A stretch of DNA of 62,437 nt, counting the filler, from Nitrospinota bacterium (lineage in GTDB: Bacteria; JAUXIQ01): assembly GCA_030620925.1 (NCBI GenBank). It is 14 parts of 14 records of this genome, joined end to end, with 100 filler letters (N's around TTAATTAATTAA, not from the genome) between each part and the next. Parts side by side here need not be neighbours in the genome. Positions count along the whole stretch, not along the records: positions 30,147 to 33,006 come from JAUXIQ010000395.1; positions 33,107 to 38,130 come from JAUXIQ010000187.1; positions 38,231 to 42,065 come from JAUXIQ010000278.1; 11 more parts are not named here. One strand, written 5' to 3'. Every line of letters starts with the position of its first letter. The stretch's first letter is position 1. The position numbers were made by a program, and so were the translations under genes. Below the pieces are notes generated by a model that searched no databases, had not been told where the DNA came from, and worked only from the letters and a program-made list of their open reading frames with translations. Below are positions 30,147-40,875 of this stretch, in pieces.

Positions 30147-31376
30147 ACCGTTAACAACATATTGGACAGCGTGGAAAAAGAGGAGGCCCGCCGTCTTATC
30201 ACGGAAAAAGGTGTGCGCCCCGATGGGCGCGGACTGAAGGATATCAGGAGTATATGGGGCAAGGTAAGTGTGCTCCCCCGAACCCACGGCTCCGGCCTGT
30301 TCACCCGGGGGGAGACGCAGGCCCTGGTGGTGGCCACCCTGGGGACGTCGATGGACGAGCAGCGTCTGGACGACCTGGTAGGCAAATCCACCAAGACCTT
30401 CATGCTGCACTACAACTTTCCCCCCTTCTCCGTGGGAGAGGCTAGGTTTCTGCGCAATCCCAGCAGGCGGGAGATAGGGCACGGGGCCCTTGCCGCGAGG
30501 GCCATTTCCCCGGTACTGCCCACCCACGAGGAGTTCCCTTACACCATAAGGTTGGTCTCGGATATACTGGAATCCAACGGTTCATCTTCCATGGCCTCCG
30601 TTTGTGGGTCTTCCATGGCCCTCATGGACGCAGGCGTCAAGCTTAAAGCACCCGTGGCGGGAATCGCTATGGGGCTCATTAAAGAAGGGGAGAAAACTTA
30701 TGTTCTCTCCGACATATTGGGCATGGAAGACCACGTGGGGGATATGGACTTCAAGGTAGCAGGAACAAGAGAGGGAATCACCGCCATTCAGATGGACGTC
30801 AAGATCGCCGGCGTGGGTATGGATACCCTGCGTGACGCACTGGCGCAGGCCCGGGAAGGGAGGATGTTCATCCTGGACCGCATGAATGAGACCATCTCGG
30901 AAGCCCGGCCCGACATCTCGCCCTATGCACCCAGAATCATCACCATAATGGTCAAACCCGACAAGGTGCGCGAGGTCATAGGCCCCGGCGGGAAGACCAT
31001 CCGCTCAATCGTAGACAGGACCGGCGTCACCATAGACATCGAAAACGACGGCACGGTTACTATAGCCTCGGTCGACGAAAAAGCGGCGCAAGAAGCCGTT
31101 GATATTGTCTCCAAGATTGTGGAGGAAGCCGAAATCGGGAAGATATACATGGGGACCGTTAAGAAGATAGTCGATTTCGGTGCTTTCGTTGAGATAATAC
31201 CCGGCACGGACGGCCTGCTTCATATCTCACAGATCGCTGAACATCGCATCAAGAGGGTTGAGGATGAGCTTAAAGAGGGAGATGAGATAGAGGTTAAAGT
31301 GCTGGACGTAGACAGAGCCGGCAAGATAAAGCTCAGCAGAAAAGAGGTCATAAAAGAATCCAGGAAAGACGACTGA
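30147..31376 (+). CDS. pnp: Polynucleotide phosphorylase, 5' truncated
   Basis: [48 protein letters not shown] and S1 domains. Confidence 0.99.
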   Translation, partial: TVNNILDSVEKEEARRLITEKGVRPDGRGLKDIRSIWGKVSVLPRTHGSGLFTRGETQALVVATLGTSMDEQRLDDLVGKSTKTFMLHYNFPPFSVGEARFLRNPSRREIGHGALAARAISPVLPTHEEFPYTIRLVSDILESNGSSSMASVCGSSMALMDAGVKLKAPVAGIAMGLIKEGEKTYVLSDILGMEDHVGDMDFKVAGTREGITAIQMDVKIAGVGMDTLRDALAQAREGRMFILDRMNETISEARPDISPYAPRIITIMVKPDKVREVIGPGGKTIRSIVDRTGVTIDIENDGTVTIASVDEKAAQEAVDIVSKIVEEAEIGKIYMGTVKKIVDFGAFVEIIPGTDGLLHISQIAEHRIKRVEDELKEGDEIEVKVLDVDRAGKIKLSRKEVIKESRKDD

Positions 31377-31464
31377 TCGCGCCGCCCTGTTTAAGTTGAG
31401 TGGAAGGGAACGGCGGGTTGGTTAGGAGTGGATAAACTTAAGGTAGAGTTTTTTAGACCAGGCT

Positions 31465-31494
31465 AAAAAGAGGCGGGAGGCCGCCTCTTTTTTT
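31465..31494. terminator. Bidirectional intrinsic terminator between pnp and cvpA
   Basis: AAAAAGAGGCGG-GAGG-CCGCCTCTTTTTTT between convergent genes. Confidence 0.85.
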
Positions 31495-32056
31495 ATTTCT
31501 TTTTCCGATCCCGGTTGAGGGTATCCACCAATTCGCGTATCCGCTCAGGGTCCTGAAGGTTTTCGTAGGTCCTTTGCATCCCCTTCCTAACTTCTTTGGG
31601 CAGCGCAATGGAAATCATCCGGGAGAATTCAAGAAAATAAATTGAGAATTGGGAGTTCGCCACGTGGTGCTTGCCCCTGTCGGTGAAACCGATTATCAGG
31701 AGCAACATGACGGAAATTATCGTAGCCCCTTTTAACGCTCCTATCACCGCCCCGAGGACCCTGTCCAGAGGGGTCAGGCCGGCGCCTTCGAAAGCTTTCC
31801 CCACCCGCCAGCCCCATACCCTGATGATTATAAACACCACCCCCAGGATTATCAGAAAGCTCAGGAACGCGGCCGTGGTGGGGTTGCCGACGACGCCCTG
31901 TAAGATGACGGACAGGTAACTGTAGCCCCTGAGAGCGGCCAGGAGGCCGAGCATCACTCCCAGGAAGAAAAAGCCTTCCTTCACGAAGCCCTTGACCAGG
32001 CTGTAGACTATGCTGGCTCCCAGTATGCACAGAATGAGTACGTCCAACCAGTTCAT
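31493..32056 (-). CDS. cvpA: CvpA family membrane protein
   Basis: MNWLD...KGFVKE, four hydrophobic segments and LDRVLGAVIGALKG. Confidence 0.9.
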   Translation of the reverse strand: MNWLDVLILCILGASIVYSLVKGFVKEGFFFLGVMLGLLAALRGYSYLSVILQGVVGNPTTAAFLSFLIILGVVFIIIRVWGWRVGKAFEGAGLTPLDRVLGAVIGALKGATIISVMLLLIIGFTDRGKHHVANSQFSIYFLEFSRMISIALPKEVRKGMQRTYENLQDPERIRELVDTLNRDRKKK

Positions 32057-32110
32057 GATCGCATTTCAGAGAATAGGGTTTAGTTGATGTAACTTTTGGT
32101 GTATTATTTT

Positions 32111-32213
32111 ATACTAAGCAGTAGAGGTTGCCGTTGTCAATTCAAATCGGTGCCGGGGAGAGCTTTTCATCAGGTAAAAAAATATTGACATCAAACCACC
32201 TCTTAAGTAGATT
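32111..32213. promoter_or_regulatory. Divergent sigma70 promoter pair
   Basis: Minus strand TTGACA(32140)-N18-TAGTAT; plus strand TTGACA(32185)-N17-TAGATT. Confidence 0.6.
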
Positions 32214-32329
32214 GATTTTCCTGAGCCTGTTACGGCCTGATGGACGAAATGTGTAGAAAGAGCAATTTCCCGCACCCTGGAAGCGGGGATCAACACCCCA
32301 TTCCCTAACGTTAATCGGGATAGGCGGTT

Positions 32330-32944
32330 ATGAAAGTTAAAGCGAACAATATCCTGTTGATCGTCTTAACGGCATCAATGCTCCTGTACGCAGGATGCGC
32401 GGGGGGCAGGTACTATTCTCTGAATTCTCCGGAACATCATTACCTCATGGGCATGAAACTCATGGAGAGGTACAATCTGGATGATGTGGAGAGGGAGTTC
32501 GCCCTGGCCAAAGAACTCGATGCCGATTTCGCCCCCGCTTACGTGGGGTTGGCCCTGGTTACCAGCGCTCGCGGCGATTTCGATGGGGCTGTTGAGAAGC
32601 TGGAAAAAGCCAGAGAAAAGAGCAAAACCGCTGAAGACAATGTGGCGGTGGCCGTGGGCACCATAAAAGTCTATACGGACCTTTTCATAGTGGACAAGGG
32701 GAAGGGGGAGGCCTCATCCTGGATGCAGTCTGCCGAGGAAGCCTACAGGCAAGGGCTGGGCTACAACAGCAAGGACCCCGCTCTCCATTTTTTCATGGGC
32801 CGTGCGTATAAAGTAGCTGGAAAATATGATAAGGCCGAGGCTTCATTCCAGAAGGTTATACAGCTGAGAGCAGGCTATGCCGTTCTGGCCATGGAGGAGT
32901 TGAGTTATCTCTCAAAGGCGAGCTCTGAGAAGGAAGAGCAGTGA
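32330..32944 (+). CDS. TPR-repeat lipoprotein
   Basis: Lipobox-like YAGC after a hydrophobic stretch; TPR-like helices. Confidence 0.75.
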   Translation: MKVKANNILLIVLTASMLLYAGCAGGRYYSLNSPEHHYLMGMKLMERYNLDDVEREFALAKELDADFAPAYVGLALVTSARGDFDGAVEKLEKAREKSKTAEDNVAVAVGTIKVYTDLFIVDKGKGEASSWMQSAEEAYRQGLGYNSKDPALHFFMGRAYKVAGKYDKAEASFQKVIQLRAGYAVLAMEELSYLSKASSEKEEQ

Positions 32945-33107
32945 GAGCTTTAAACTCACCATTTTACCCGTGAGTTTATATAAATTGTAGAAGGATAGGC
33001 TTAGCTNNNNNNNNNNNNNNNNNNNNNNNNNNNNNNNNNNNNNNNNNNNNTTAATTAATTAANNNNNNNNNNNNNNNNNNNNNNNNNNNNNNNNNNNNNN
33101 NNNNNNC

Positions 33108-34949
33108 GCCCCTTACGAGAAATTTATGGGCGGCAAGGGGATTAATCTCAAAATTCTCTTCGACAATATTGAGGCTGATACCGGGCCTTTCGATCCGGAA
33201 AACCCCCTGCTTTTCGGCGCGGGGCCTCTTGTGGGAACACCGTTCCCCGGGGCGAGCCGGATAGATGTAATGTCCAAGTCTCCGGTTACGGGTGCCCTGG
33301 GAGATGCGGGTATGGGGGGATACCTGGGTGCCGAGCTGAAGTTCGCCGGTTATGACAACCTGGTGGTCGAAGGCATAGCCGAAAAGCCGGTCTATCTCTA
33401 CGTGAGGGATGACCGGGTGGAGATAAGAGACGCGGCCGCCATCTGGGGGCGCGACACATACGAGACACCGGTCATGGTGAGGGAAGATGCCGGTGATCCC
33501 GCCGCCCAGGTGGTCTGTATCGGGCCTGCCGGTGAGCGGTTGGTGGTCTACGCTTCCATCATGTCCGGGACGGGCAACTCCGCCGCTCGAACGGGGATAG
33601 GCGCGGTGATGGGTTCTAAGAACCTCAAGGCCATCGCCGTCCGCGGAACGGGCGGGCTGGGGGTCCATCGGCCAAATGAGTTTCTCGAAGGGTGCAAGCG
33701 GCTGCTGGAGGACATGAAGCAAAACGTCATGTACCAGGAGCTGCACGAGCGGGGGCTGACAAGAATCCACGACAGGGAGATGCGGGGCATCTACGAGCTG
33801 ATGGGGAAAACCTGGGAAGGGAGCGAAACCATCTGTGAGGAGGAGTTCCTGAACGAACACCTTCACAGCAGGGTAGGGTGCTTCGCCTGTCCGGCGGCCT
33901 GTTTTGACGGGTACGATATATCGGGGGTGGGGTCGGGAACCGCCAAGTGCAGCCCTTACGGCGACCTGACCTGGGACCTGAAAAACCCCGATCTGCTGGT
34001 CTTCTGGAGGACCTTCGTCGACTGCCAGCGATACGGACTGGACGCACGTTCCCTCTCAAACGCTATCGAATGGCTCATGCAGCTTCACGAAAACGGGATA
34101 ATAAGCGCCGAGGATACCGACGGAACGCCCATGGAATGGGGAAGCCCGGAGGCCATTATCCAGATGGCCAGGAAACTCTGCTATCGCGAGGGGATAGGGG
34201 ACTTACTGGCGGACGGGTTGCCGGCCGCCGCAAAAAAGATCGGCAGGGGCGCTGAAGAATACCTTATTATCGCAAAAGGGTCGCCTTCGGACGTGCACGT
34301 TCCCCCTCTCAAGACCAGGGTGCTGGCGTCCGCCGTGTCGGCCATCGGGGAGGACGCCCAGGTACAGCCCCTGCTGGATGCCATTTCCGCCAGGCGGTAC
34401 GTGAAGGCGGAAGACGAGGCATCGTTCGAAGAAGCGATCAAGAAATACAAAGACCGGGCAGAGAAACAGGTGGGGGTGAGGGAAGCGGCGGACCCCAGGG
34501 TCATCGACGGCAAGGCGGCGCTGGTCCGGCAGGATGAAGAGCGCGCCGACATAATGGATATGATAGGCGTATGCACCTGGATGACTTCTTTCATGGGGTT
34601 GCCCGTGAGTAACGAGGTGATAGCGGAGTTCATGGCCTACGGGACGGGAACGGCCATGGACGTCGACACCCTCACCGAGGCCGCAACCAGGATACACCAC
34701 CTGGAAAGGGCCATACTGGGGTTGTGCGGTCTCACGCGCAAGGATGATAAAGTCTCCAAGGCTTACCAGGACAGGTTCCGGCCGGGCGGCAAGCCCGTGC
34801 CCGAGCTGGGTTCCACCGAGGACGAGCTGGAGAAGATGAAAGACGAATACTATCAGCTTATAGGCTGGGACCTTAAAACAGGGATGCCCACCCGGGAGAC
34901 CCTCGATAAGTATGGATTGGAGGACGTGGCGGAAAAAATGGGGGTCTGA
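33108..34949 (+). CDS. Aldehyde:ferredoxin oxidoreductase family (tungstopterin), 5' truncated
   Basis: KSPVTG, IGPAGE, AARTGIGAVMGSKNLKAIAVRG, CFACPAAC, YGLD and YYQLIGWD...GMPTRETL. Confidence 0.93.
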   Translation, partial: APYEKFMGGKGINLKILFDNIEADTGPFDPENPLLFGAGPLVGTPFPGASRIDVMSKSPVTGALGDAGMGGYLGAELKFAGYDNLVVEGIAEKPVYLYVRDDRVEIRDAAAIWGRDTYETPVMVREDAGDPAAQVVCIGPAGERLVVYASIMSGTGNSAARTGIGAVMGSKNLKAIAVRGTGGLGVHRPNEFLEGCKRLLEDMKQNVMYQELHERGLTRIHDREMRGIYELMGKTWEGSETICEEEFLNEHLHSRVGCFACPAACFDGYDISGVGSGTAKCSPYGDLTWDLKNPDLLVFWRTFVDCQRYGLDARSLSNAIEWLMQLHENGIISAEDTDGTPMEWGSPEAIIQMARKLCYREGIGDLLADGLPAAAKKIGRGAEEYLIIAKGSPSDVHVPPLKTRVLASAVSAIGEDAQVQPLLDAISARRYVKAEDEASFEEAIKKYKDRAEKQVGVREAADPRVIDGKAALVRQDEERADIMDMIGVCTWMTSFMGLPVSNEVIAEFMAYGTGTAMDVDTLTEAATRIHHLERAILGLCGLTRKDDKVSKAYQDRFRPGGKPVPELGSTEDELEKMKDEYYQLIGWDLKTGMPTRETLDKYGLEDVAEKMGV

Positions 34950-34982
34950 CGGCTCAGGTCTTAATTCAAGGGAGAGAAAACG

Positions 34983-35801
34983 ATGAGTGATGGAGCGCGA
35001 GTTGTTCGATGGGAGAAGGAAGGTAACGTGGCCACCGTCTGGCTCTGCAATCCTGAAAAACGGAATGCCATGGGCCCCGCTTTCTGGGAACAGCTTCCGC
35101 AGGTCATGAGCGAGATAGACGAGGACGACGACGTCCGTGCCGTGGCCCTGTGCGCCGAGGGGCCGGCTTTTTCGGTGGGCCTCGACCTGAAGGCCATGTC
35201 GGACACCATCGGTGGTTTAAATGAGGGTGATGCCGGAGGCCGACTGCATTTCCTCAAGGATATAACACGTCTGCAGGGATCGATTACCAGCGTGGCCGAC
35301 TGCTCGGTTCCGGTGATAGCCGCCATGCACGGCTGGTGCGTCGGCGGAGGAGTGGATTTGACCAGCGCCTGCGATGTCCGCCTGGCCTCGAGGGACCTGA
35401 AGCTTTCCATACGCGAGACGAAAATGGCCATGGTCGCCGACGTGGGGACGCTTCAGCGGCTGCCGGAGATCATCCCCAGGGGACATTTCAACGAGCTGGT
35501 CTATACCGGCAAAGACATCGATGCGGAACGCTGCAAGGAGATCGGCCTGGTCAACGATATTTATGAAACACCCGATGAGGCCGTCAAAGCCGCTCGGGAG
35601 ATGGCCCGTGAAATAGCGGAGAACTCGCCGCTGGCGGTCAAGGGCGTAAAAAACGTCCTCCGCTACGGCGAGAACATGAGCGTTGAAGACGGTCTCAACT
35701 ACGTCGGTCTCTGGAACGCTGCGTTCCTCTTTTCAGATGATCTGAAAGAAGCCGTCAGCGCTTTTATCCAGAAGAGAAAACCCGACTTCCAAGGCAAGTG
35801 A
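34983..35801 (+). CDS. Crotonase/enoyl-CoA hydratase (dienoyl-CoA isomerase-like)
   Basis: PEKRNAM, FSVGLDL, HGWCVGGGVDL and ADVGTLQRLP. Confidence 0.92.
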   Translation: MSDGARVVRWEKEGNVATVWLCNPEKRNAMGPAFWEQLPQVMSEIDEDDDVRAVALCAEGPAFSVGLDLKAMSDTIGGLNEGDAGGRLHFLKDITRLQGSITSVADCSVPVIAAMHGWCVGGGVDLTSACDVRLASRDLKLSIRETKMAMVADVGTLQRLPEIIPRGHFNELVYTGKDIDAERCKEIGLVNDIYETPDEAVKAAREMAREIAENSPLAVKGVKNVLRYGENMSVEDGLNYVGLWNAAFLFSDDLKEAVSAFIQKRKPDFQGK

Positions 35802-35906
35802 GCGGTCCGTTCAACCGAATTAAGGCGTTGGTTCTTTCATCACTAATAAAATCAGTATAAAATATGCCGATTACATGGCATAGATGGGTAGCCGCTCGGT
35901 TCATTT

Positions 35907-37013
35907 TTATCTTCCTGAAGCTTCACGCAGGGCCTTGAGAAATTTTGGGTGAACTTGATACCCCAGGCTTTGTGCCTTATGCACGTCCTTCCAGGCCTTG
36001 TCGTATTCTTCCATATAGTAGTAAGTAATTGCCCTATAATTGTAAGCAACAGTATATTCAGGGTCTATCTCAACAGCCATGTTGAAATCATCTATGGCAA
36101 AATCATATTGGTTTTTCCTTATATAGGCGGCCCCCCGGTTGTTGTAAGCCGCAGCATTCCTGGGTTCTATATCAATGGCCTTGCTGAAATCAGAGATAGC
36201 CTGGTCATGTTGGCCTTTGATCCCATAGGTGGACCCTCGATTGAAGTAGGCCATAGCAAAGTCGGGGTTTATCTCAATGGCCTTGTTGAAATCAGCGATG
36301 GCCTGGTCGAGTCGGCCTTTTTCCTCATTGGCTAGCCCTCTGAGGACGTATGCTTCAACATCACCGGGGTTCAGCTTTATAACCCTGTTGAAATCGGCGA
36401 TGGCCCGGTCATATTGGCCTTTGCTGTTATAGGAGAGCCCCCGATTGAAGTAGGCTATGGCGAACTCCGGGTTTATCTTAATGGCCTTGTTGAGGTCAAC
36501 GATTGCCCGGTCATGCCGGCCTTTAAGGCCGTAGGCGGCCCCTCGATTGATGTAAGCCACAGAAAGCTTCGGGTCTATTTCTACGGCCCTGTTGAAATCG
36601 GCGATGGCCCGGTCATATTCACCTTTGCTACTATAGGCGGCTCCTCGAATGTTGTAACCCAGAGCGTACTTTGGATCTACATTAATGGCCTTGCTGTACT
36701 CGGCAATTGCTTCGCCTGACATCCCTTTATAGGCGTATGCCGCCCCTTTGAACAAATGAACAGTAGTCTCCTTTTTTATCCGCTGGGCGATAGCGTCTTT
36801 AATTACCTTAAGTCTTACCTGTGCTCGTAGGTTGAACCGGTCGGTTTTCAAGGCCTCTTCAAATTTCTTCCTGGCCTCTACGAATTTCCCTTCAACGGCA
36901 TACTTCACGCCTCTGTGGTGGCTCTTTTGTGAAGAACTCTGTGCATAAGAGATGCTAGCAGATAGAAGCAGGACAATTAAAACCGCCACGCGTATTCTCG
37001 CCAAAACTTTCAT
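35907..37013 (-). CDS. Exported TPR-repeat protein
   Basis: Signal peptide followed by about 8 regular 34-aa TPRs (AYxNRG...YDRAIADFNxAIxIxP). Confidence 0.92.
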   Translation of the reverse strand: MKVLARIRVAVLIVLLLSASISYAQSSSQKSHHRGVKYAVEGKFVEARKKFEEALKTDRFNLRAQVRLKVIKDAIAQRIKKETTVHLFKGAAYAYKGMSGEAIAEYSKAINVDPKYALGYNIRGAAYSSKGEYDRAIADFNRAVEIDPKLSVAYINRGAAYGLKGRHDRAIVDLNKAIKINPEFAIAYFNRGLSYNSKGQYDRAIADFNRVIKLNPGDVEAYVLRGLANEEKGRLDQAIADFNKAIEINPDFAMAYFNRGSTYGIKGQHDQAISDFSKAIDIEPRNAAAYNNRGAAYIRKNQYDFAIDDFNMAVEIDPEYTVAYNYRAITYYYMEEYDKAWKDVHKAQSLGYQVHPKFLKALREASGR

Positions 37014-37460
37014 GAACGCTCTTCTTTCTCTCCATCCTAATAGTGGATAATGAAAAACACTTTTTTCCTTTCCCCCTCATTAGGGAAAAGACATTTACCT
37101 TAATATTAAGGTAATTCCTGCCCGGCCGGTAGTGGATTATCAGGCCCCTTGCAAAGCCCTATTTCTATTCAACCTTATTATAAGGGCGAAATCCGCGTCC
37201 ACCGGTAGAAGGGGAACCCGTTTATGGAATTGGGTGCTGCCTATATGAGGGTGGCTGAAGATATCAGGCTATTTTTTATCAGAACCTCTTTGTTGTGTCA
37301 ATATCTGGATATGCGCGTCTACTTACGGTTCCTTTTCCCCTGGTCTTCTCACCGCGGCTCCACTCAACATTTATATTTATGAAAGTGATACAATAGCGGG
37401 CGCAAATCCGGGCACTCTACATGCTGACGTATAATTGAAACATAGAGAGGGGAACTAATC

Positions 37461-38130
37461 ATGGAATTGAAAGAGCTCGAAAATGAGCTGCGGGATATGG
37501 GGCTGATAACTCACAAGCTCGAAAAGTGGGCGGAAACCAGACCGGAGAAGACCTTCTTTCATTACGGGGAGGAAGGCAGGCATATAACGTATAGAGAGTT
37601 CAACCAGATGGCCAACAGCGTGGGGAACAATCTGCGTTCCATGGGGGTTGAAAAGGGGGACAGGGTTTCATTGTTCCTGTTCAACCCTCTGATCACCACC
37701 CTGGCTATGTTCGGCCTGTGGAAGATAGGAGCGGTCTACTGCCCCATAAATTACAATTATACCGGCCGGCTCCTTTCCTACCAGATTAACGATACGGGCC
37801 CCAAACTGCTCATAACCGAAAGCGGTCGGGAGCCGATTTTAAATAATATCGCGTCTGAAATCCCTGACCTGCCCGTAATCATACACAAGCCGGGCGATGA
37901 CGAGCACGATTACGACCCTGAAAAGGCGGGCCTGAAGCTGGATGAAAAGTTCAGCCAGTCCTTATTCGAGGATTTATTGGCAGGAGATACCTCCAACCCG
38001 AACGTGGAGCTTGAATACTGGGACACGGCCAACATCATCTATACTTCCGGCACCACCGGTCCGGCCAAAGGTGTCGTCCAGTCTTTCCGCTGGCTGCAGA
38101 ACTATTGCTATAAATCGTATAAGCTTCAAC
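37461..38130 (+). CDS. AMP-binding CoA ligase (CaiC-like), 3' truncated
   Basis: GVEKGDRV and IIYTSGTTGPAKGV. Confidence 0.88.
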
Positions 38131-38419
38131 NNNNNNNNNNNNNNNNNNNNNNNNNNNNNNNNNNNNNNNNNNNNTTAATTAATTAANNNNNNNNNNNNNN
38201 NNNNNNNNNNNNNNNNNNNNNNNNNNNNNNGAATCTCGCCTGCCCGTGCAAACCCGTTTTCTTTGGGCTTTTGCAACCCCCCTCCCCTTTTTCCCCTCCC
38301 TCCAGGAGGTGAAATTCGTTGACTCGAAAGATTTCGTAATCATCTACTAGATTATAGGTTTTACCCATACCCTTATACCGCCTCCGAACGTAATATATAT
38401 GCAGGCTTCGACTCACCCG

Positions 38420-38428
38420 TGTTATAAT
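38420..38428 (+). promoter_or_regulatory. Extended -10 promoter (TGnTATAAT) upstream of the molybdoenzyme
   Basis: TGTTATAAT about 90 nt before the ATG. Confidence 0.5.
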
Positions 38429-38519
38429 GACGCCCACGAACCGATGGTTCCAGAATGTGCTGTGCAGGATATACTGCATACGCCACATCTCGGATCACGC
38501 ATCATGAGGAGATCCCTAT

Positions 38520-40664
38520 ATGGAAACCGCCACCGAAGAATACAGGGTTGTCCCCGTGGCCTGCCCCCACAACTGCGGCGGGAGCTGCCTTTTAAACGCT
38601 CACGTGAGGAACGGGGTAATCGAGAGGATCAGCGGAGACGAGGCCGATGATAACGCCTCAGTTCCTCAGCTCAGAGGGTGTGCGCGGGGAAGGGCGTACC
38701 GCCATCGCGTTTACGCGCCGGACAGGCTCAGATACCCCATGATCAGGAACGGACAACGCGGAGAGGGCAGATTCAAACGGGTAAGCTGGGACAAGGCGCT
38801 GGATCTGGTGGCGGAGAGGATGGGGGAGATCAAGAAGGAGCACGGTCCCTCCGCGGTATTGAATATGTCCGCCAGCGGAACTTATCCTGCATGCCTTCAC
38901 AACACAGGCTGGGTTCATCGACTGTTGAATATGTGGGGAGGGCAGACGCAACTGGTGGGAACCTTGTCCAACGAGGGCGGATCCTTCGCGTCCAGATACA
39001 CTTACGGCACGTATGTGACCTCCAGCGATATGGACGATCTGCTCAACTCCGAGCTCATAATCATGTGGGGATGGAACCCGGCGGCGTCAATACATTCTAC
39101 TAATACCACCTGGTACCTCAGACAGGCAAAGGAGAATGGCGCCAAGATAATCGTGATCGACCCCAGACATACGGAATCCGCTGCCGCCCTGGCCGACCAG
39201 TGGATACCCGTTCGGCCTGGATCCGACGCAGCGCTGGCCGCGGCCATGGCCAACGTCATCCTGGAAGAGAGACTGGAGGACAAGGTCTTCCTGGACAAGT
39301 TTACCTACGGTTTTCAGGACTATGCCGAGTACGTCTCCGGGGAAGAAGACGGCGTCCCCAAAACCCCACGTTGGGCAGAGCAGTTGACCGGCGTGAAAGC
39401 AGACACCATCACCCGGCTGGCAAGGGAGCTGGCAGGCGGCAAACCAGCCGCGTTAATGACGGGGATGGGGCCGGGGCGCACACCGTACGGGGAACAATTC
39501 TTCCGCACTACCGCAGCCCTGGCGGCCATGACCGGAAACGTGGGAGTGCCTGGAGGGTCATCCGCCATCCCGGGGGGCGGAATCAACATGCTCCGGCTTC
39601 GGGGGATCCCCACCATATCGCCGAACCCCGCGGGGTGCACTTTGAACCCCAGTAATTGGGCCGACGCCATCCTAAAGGGGAAAGAGGGGGGCTACCCCAG
39701 TGACATAAAAATGGTCTACGGCATGGCCGGGAACCTGCTCAACCAGGTTGGAAACATAAACAAAGGGGTAGAGGCTTTAAAAAGCCTGGAGTTCATGGTT
39801 ATGCAGGAACAGTTTATGACCCCCACCGCCCGTTTCGCAGATGTCCTCCTTCCCGCCACCACCAGTTTGGAGCGGGAAGACGTGTTCAATCCCTGGGGAA
39901 TGCTGGGTAGGTACGCAGTATACTCCCATAAGGTCATCGAGCCCATGTACGAGTGCAAAAACGACCTGGAGATACTCACCCTCCTGGCGAAAAAACTTGG
40001 CATCGAAGGCTATAACGATAAGTCGGACCACGAATGGCTGAGCCAGCTGGTGGCCGATTCGGAAATAGAGGAAGTGGAGGAGTTCAAACGTTCCGGGGCG
40101 TACAGAATAAATCTCATTCAACCGAATGTAGCCCTGCAAAAGAACATTCAAAATCCGGGGAAAAACCCTTTCAGGACTCCCACAGGGAAGATTGAGATCT
40201 ACTCCTCACGTCTGGCTGAAATGGATGAACCGGAGATACCCCCCATACCAAAATACATCCCCGGCTGGGAGAGCAACGACTGTTCCGAAGCCGGCGATCA
40301 CCCCCTTCTGCTGATCACCCCTCAGTCCAAGCGGAGATGCCATTCCACCTACGACAATATCCCGCTGGTGAGTGAAATCGAACCGAACACCATCTGGATA
40401 AATCCCCAAGACGCCTCGCGTAGGGGTGTGGAAAACGGCGACCCGGTCATGGTCAGAAATGAAAGGGGCCGCACTGTCATCCAAGCCAAAGTAACCGAGC
40501 GTATAATGCCCGGCGTAGTCAGCATCGATGAAGGGAGATGGTTCACACCCGACGAGAACGGAACGGATACCGCCGGTTCCGCAAACACACTTGTACTGGA
40601 CGGCCCGTCACCCGGCGGGGCGGCTCGCTTCAACGGCAACAGGGTAGAGGTGGAAAAAGCGTAG
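38520..40664 (+). CDS. DMSO-reductase-family Mo/W-bisPGD oxidoreductase catalytic subunit, cytoplasmic
   Basis: CPHNCGGSC...C Fe-S motif, RLRYPMIR, WGWNP, TPTARFADVLLP and C-terminal dinucleotide-binding domain; no Tat signal. Confidence 0.92.
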   Translation: METATEEYRVVPVACPHNCGGSCLLNAHVRNGVIERISGDEADDNASVPQLRGCARGRAYRHRVYAPDRLRYPMIRNGQRGEGRFKRVSWDKALDLVAERMGEIKKEHGPSAVLNMSASGTYPACLHNTGWVHRLLNMWGGQTQLVGTLSNEGGSFASRYTYGTYVTSSDMDDLLNSELIIMWGWNPAASIHSTNTTWYLRQAKENGAKIIVIDPRHTESAAALADQWIPVRPGSDAALAAAMANVILEERLEDKVFLDKFTYGFQDYAEYVSGEEDGVPKTPRWAEQLTGVKADTITRLARELAGGKPAALMTGMGPGRTPYGEQFFRTTAALAAMTGNVGVPGGSSAIPGGGINMLRLRGIPTISPNPAGCTLNPSNWADAILKGKEGGYPSDIKMVYGMAGNLLNQVGNINKGVEALKSLEFMVMQEQFMTPTARFADVLLPATTSLEREDVFNPWGMLGRYAVYSHKVIEPMYECKNDLEILTLLAKKLGIEGYNDKSDHEWLSQLVADSEIEEVEEFKRSGAYRINLIQPNVALQKNIQNPGKNPFRTPTGKIEIYSSRLAEMDEPEIPPIPKYIPGWESNDCSEAGDHPLLLITPQSKRRCHSTYDNIPLVSEIEPNTIWINPQDASRRGVENGDPVMVRNERGRTVIQAKVTERIMPGVVSIDEGRWFTPDENGTDTAGSANTLVLDGPSPGGAARFNGNRVEVEKA

Positions 40665-40682
40665 CCGCCGCTTTGAAGTATG

Positions 40683-40737
40683 AAAAGTCTTGCGAATCAG
40701 GTTCGGGGGAAACCGGTTTCCGAAAAGGTTTCCCCCC
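40683..40737. repeat. Single copy of the AAAAGT...GGGGAAACC-N-GGTTTCCCC repeat
   Basis: Similar to the right arm at 26869-26922. Confidence 0.65.
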
Positions 40738-40875
40738 AATTTTTTATGACCTTTTAATAATTAGGTTTGAACAACCATCACAATGCGTTAAAATGTTTTC
40801 CTGCAACCAGGCAATTCATCTCATCTATTCATCTATCACAAACAGGAACCTTACTTAATAGAAAAGGATAAGAAA

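Noticed and set aside
35949-36700. 102-bp periodic DNA similarity suggesting an array
   Set aside because: It is fully explained by 34-aa TPR coding repeats.
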